DNA from: Octopus bimaculoides
Lineage: Eukaryota
Length of the DNA stretch: 39,555 nt
NCBI RefSeq assembly: GCF_001194135.2
Contig: NC_068986.1
Span: 1,698,601-1,738,155, forward strand
Direction of reading: 5' to 3'
This document shows, in pieces, positions 35,345 through 39,555 of this stretch (positions within the stretch are counted from its first letter, which is position 1; each line of letters starts with the position of its first letter). A program made the translations under genes and the position numbers. The notes under the pieces are model-generated. The model saw only the letters and a program-made list of their open reading frames with translations. It ran no database searches and had not been told where the DNA came from.

Positions 35345-35488
35345 AGGAAGGGCATCCAGCTGTAGAAACTCTGCCAAATCAGACTGGAGCCTGGTGTTGC
35401 CATCCGGTTTCACCAGTCCTCAGTCAAATCGTCCAACCCATGCTAGCATGGAAAGCGGACGTTAAACGATGATGATGATGATGATGAT
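35345..35488 (+). mobile_element. 5'-truncated RTE LINE 3' end
   Basis: Close to the reverse complement of 39351-39490; ends GGACGTTAAAC(GAT)n. Confidence 0.9.
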
Positions 35489-36115
35489 ATATATATACCT
35501 GTTATTAAGTGAACAATCAACAATTGGAGAGAAATTGATATTTCTGGTAGTTAGATTTAATATTTATGAAAAACAACTGTGTTACTTAAGTTTCATGGAA
35601 GACATTCTTTGGCACTCAATACTGAATACAAATATACACAAATATATGAAACTTAAGTATCAAATTTGTTTATCTTAAGTACTATATTAAGATTTTGTTC
35701 ACACACACACAATGCATTGCCCTATACAGGAATTGAAACCAAAATCTTACAATCATAGGTGCAACACCCTAAACATTAAGCCACAAGTCACAACATGCAT
35801 ACATATGTATGTATAGTACCTATCTATATACATATATCTTTATATACACATACATATGCATAATATATACATATATATATAAATATATATATATATATAC
35901 ATATATGTGCCCGCACATGCACACATTGCCTGTAGCTACTTCTATACCAGATTTAACAGAAGTATTTCAGAATTCAAACTGGACAATCTTCAGCAGATTC
36001 TTGTTTTGATGCTTGTCTTGGATACTAGTATGAAATCGTAGAATGGAAGTTATAAGTTCTTTGTCTTTCTCTCTCTCTCTCTCCCTCTGCCTGCCTGCCT
36101 GCCTCTCTCTCTCTC

Positions 36116-36150
<35 letters not shown>

Positions 36151-36355
36151 CTATATCTATTTATCTATCGATGTGTGTGAGTGTTTCAGTTGAAATTGAA
36201 GTTTTATTCAATTGCTAGGTTTTTCCTGTTTCTCACATGTTCTACAAGACATGCATGAAACAGGAAACTCAGACTAGCAACAGAGGGAAGTAATCTCAGT
36301 TTCAAATGAATGAAAATTTAACCTTCACCAAGTACTAATTTCTCCTGCTTCTTCT

Positions 36356-36400
<45 letters not shown>

Positions 36401-36948
36401 TTATTTCTGTTTACATTCATTATTCTATGTTTGCACGATCAGAAAGGTTTCCTTAACTGAAGACAAGATTTTGATATATATTATTCTTACAAGAACCAAA
36501 TTCTTTTCACAGCTTTCCATTGCTTTTCTAACTACCAACTACTTGTACACAATGAAGGAGGTAAAGACCTGTTGTGTTAGACAGTTGATGTCATATGTCT
36601 GTCCCAAGAGGGTGGGAGAGCTGCAGCCCAACGGTTTGTGCTCTTCAACATGTTGTCAGCAAAACAGGACTTTAATTTCGCAGCCATCATAAATTCTATT
36701 GTTTATTACAGTAAAATTCCCCCAAGGGAAAATGGGGTGAGGCAAGGTGAAGAAGGGGACAGACTGAAGTAAGACAAGTAAGAGTGAACAAGCTGATATA
36801 TAATGTACCTGACTATGTATGTACATGAGTAATTATAATTAATGTTTTTCAGTATTAGCTTTTAGTGGCAATATAACATAAAAGGAAGTTTCCAGTTTGT
36901 ATTCTCAATATTTTTTGTTTATCCTTTTGAGGTTATTAACTATTTTTT

Positions 36949-37862
36949 NNNNNNNNNNNNNNNNNNNNNNNNNNNNNNNNNNNNNNNNNNNNNNNNNNNN
37001 NNNNNNNNNNNNNNNNNNNNNNNNNNNNNNNNNNNNNNNNNNNNNNNNNNNNNNNNNNNNNNNNNNNNNNNNNNNNNNNNNNNNNNNNNNNNNNNNNNNN
37101 NNNNNNNNNNNNNNNNNNNNNNNNNNNNNNNNNNNNNNNNNNNNNNNNNNNNNNNNNNNNNNNNNNNNNNNNNNNNNNNNNNNNNNNNNNNNNNNNNNNN
37201 NNNNNNNNNNNNNNNNNNNNNNNNNNNNNNNNNNNNNNNNNNNNNNNNNNNNNNNNNNNNNNNNNNNNNNNNNNNNNNNNNNNNNNNNNNNNNNNNNNNN
37301 NNNNNNNNNNNNNNNNNNNNNNNNNNNNNNNNNNNNNNNNNNNNNNNNNNNNNNNNNNNNNNNNNNNNNNNNNNNNNNNNNNNNNNNNNNNNNNNNNNNN
37401 NNNNNNNNNNNNNNNNNNNNNNNNNNNNNNNNNNNNNNNNNNNNNNNNNNNNNNNNNNNNNNNNNNNNNNNNNNNNNNNNNNNNNNNNNNNNNNNNNNNN
37501 NNNNNNNNNNNNNNNNNNNNNNNNNNNNNNNNNNNNNNNNNNNNNNNNNNNNNNNNNNNNNNNNNNNNNNNNNNNNNNNNNNNNNNNNNNNNNNNNNNNN
37601 NNNNNNNNNNNNNNNNNNNNNNNNNNNNNNNNNNNNNNNNNNNNNNNNNNNNNNNNNNNNNNNNNNNNNNNNNNNNNNNNNNNNNNNNNNNNNNNNNNNN
37701 NNNNNNNNNNNNNNNNNNNNNNNNNNNNNNNNNNNNNNNNNNNNNNNNNNNNNNNNNNNNNNNNNNNNNNNNNNNNNNNNNNNNNNNNNNNNNNNNNNNN
37801 NNNNNNNNNNNNNNNNNNNNNNNNNNNNNNNNNNNNNNNNNNNNNNNNNNNNNNNNNNNNNN
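36949..37862. other. Assembly gap (largest in the window)
   Basis: Run of N. Confidence 0.99.
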
Positions 37863-37979
37863 GTGCTGAAAGGTTCCTGGCTTTCAGAGTATTGTGAAAG
37901 GCCTGGTTGCAGGCCCCAACCTTCCAAGTTCTTTTACAGGGTTTACAGAAACTGAAGGATTACTGCAATAAATGAGCGA

Positions 37980-38200
37980 TGTTCACTCAGCTGCAGAAAT
38001 GAGTTGTGATGATGTCACTAGTGCCAAGCTGTATCGGCCCCTTTGCCTTTCCCTTGGATAACACTGGTGGTGTGGAGAGGGGGGAGGCTGGTATGCATGG
38101 GCGTCTGCTGGTCTTCCATAAACAAGCTTACCTGGATTTGTGTCTTGGAGGGTAACCTTCTAGGTGCAATCCCATGGTCAGTCATGACCGAAGGGGGTCT
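37980..38200 (+). mobile_element. Meta-like SINE, 3' two-thirds
   Basis: Reverse-complement homolog of 5605-5820. Confidence 0.85.
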
Positions 38201-38300
38201 TTACTCTTTAGACGTTGTTTCTAGTAGAATGAGAGACCACACAGATACGTGTGTCTATGTGTACATGTATGATTGTGTGTGTGCATGCATGTGTGTGTGT

Positions 38301-38528
38301 TATTTCTTTACTACCCACAAGGGGCTACACACAGAGGGGACAAACAAGGACAGACAAACAGATTAAGTCGATTATACCGACCCCAGTGCGTAACTGGTAC
38401 TTATTTAATCGACCCCGAAAGGATGAAAGGCAAAGTCGACCTCGGCAGAATTTGAACTCAGAACGTAGCGGCAGACGAAATACCGCTAAGCATTTCGCCC
38501 GGCGTGCTAACGTTTCTGCCAGCTCGCC
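38301..38528 (-). mobile_element. Young full-length Nin/Deu-like tRNA-derived SINE
   Basis: GGCGAGCTGGCAGAAACGTTAGC head, GAGTTCAAATTC B box, CCGAGGTCGACTTTGCCTTTCATCCTTTCGGGGTCGATTAAATAAGTACCAG Nin-like domain. Confidence 0.88.
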
Positions 38529-38740
38529 TGTGTGTGCATGTGTGTGTTGCAAAATTGTTACAAGATGATAGAAGCTAAGGCAGATGTAGTCCAAGGAAGA
38601 CATAGTTCAGAAGTAAGTAGGACAGATGAGAATGGTGAAAGATCAAAATGGATGAAGAGGTGTTTTATTGCATGACGGATTATTGCACACCAGCACGGAT
38701 AAACAGACATCAAACCAAAGATAATAATGAAGACCTTGTG

Positions 38741-38781
<41 letters not shown>

Positions 38782-39350
38782 GTGTGCATGTATGAGCACG
38801 CATGCACGTGTGCACATGTGTGAAAACGTGTTCTCATTAGTAGACAAACAGCCAGAGATTTCAATGAATACTTAACAGGAATCTGCACAGGGTTGGTTGT
38901 GTTGGTCCACACAGCAATCAGTGTAACAATCCTATACCTTAATTGCTGTGTACGTATATATGCGTGAGTGTGTGTGTATGTATGTATGTAAGTCCATTGG
39001 TTTTCTATATATGTGTATGCAGGCATGTGTGTGTATGTCTATTCATGTGTATCTATTCACTTACTAACGCAATTATAATCAAGCTAGAGGTACATAATCA
39101 AAAGGTAAAGTTCTGAATAACATTTCAAAGGAAATATATTGATATATTCATAAATACGCAAATTTTCATACATGCGTACTCATACACAAACACAAACACA
39201 CATACACAGAAACACATACATGCTTACACATATCTATCTATCTATCTACCTACATAGGTGTGTGTGTATGTGTGAGTATGTGTGTGTGTTTATATATACA
39301 CATTATCTCTATATATAGATATGTTTATATATATATATATATATATATGT

Positions 39351-39555
39351 ATCATCATCATCATCGTTTAACGTCCGCTTTCCATGCTAGCATGGGTTGG
39401 ACGATTTGACTGAGGACTGGTGAAAACCGGATGGCAACACCAGGCTCCAGTCTGATTTGGCAGAGTTTCTACAGCTGGATGCCCTTCCTAACGCCAACCA
39501 CTCAGAGAGTGTAGTGGGTGCTTTTACGTGTCACCCGCACGAAAACGGCCACGCT
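39351..39555 (-). mobile_element. RTE LINE 3' end continuing beyond the window
   Basis: Near-identical to 32532-32740. Confidence 0.93.

Noticed and set aside
37863-37955. Single upper-case G and short open frames beside the large gap
   Set aside because: The case change is a formatting or masking artefact; the frames are too short and truncated by Ns to interpret.
1-39555. Most ORFs in the supplied track (YIYI, HTHT, VCVC, SLSL, poly-X)
   Set aside because: They are translations of microsatellites, low-complexity DNA or N gaps.
1-39555. CRISPR arrays, operons, rRNA or true tRNA genes
   Set aside because: The DNA is eukaryotic; tandem repeats lack unique spacers; tRNA-like A/B boxes all belong to SINE heads with no cloverleaf.

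Overview
AT-rich, repeat-dense eukaryotic DNA from a gapped short-read assembly. The SINE/RTE repertoire and compound (TA)n/(CA)n/(CATA)n/(GAT)n microsatellites suggest an octopod cephalopod (inference from recalled repeat sequences; no database search). No complete protein-coding gene is supported, and most supplied ORFs are microsatellite or N-gap artefacts. Real coding signal is limited to transposon remnants (RTE RT C-terminus 33214-33592, decayed RTE endonuclease ~25690-25960, mariner C-terminus ~34780-34830, R4/Dong C-terminus 11600-11635) and a few unassigned candidate exons, the best at 29702-29924 (-). Three tRNA-derived SINE classes (CORE-like, Meta-like, Nin/Deu-like), several MITEs, minisatellites and two gap-flanking false duplications are also present. 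The most interesting element is a ~180-bp unit in a (TA)n tract carrying a foldable minimal type I hammerhead-ribozyme motif (23326-23362, -) with a palindromic dimer-type helix III and an atypical A6U core. Two further short elements near 32.1-32.3 kb carry hammerhead boxes in permuted order.
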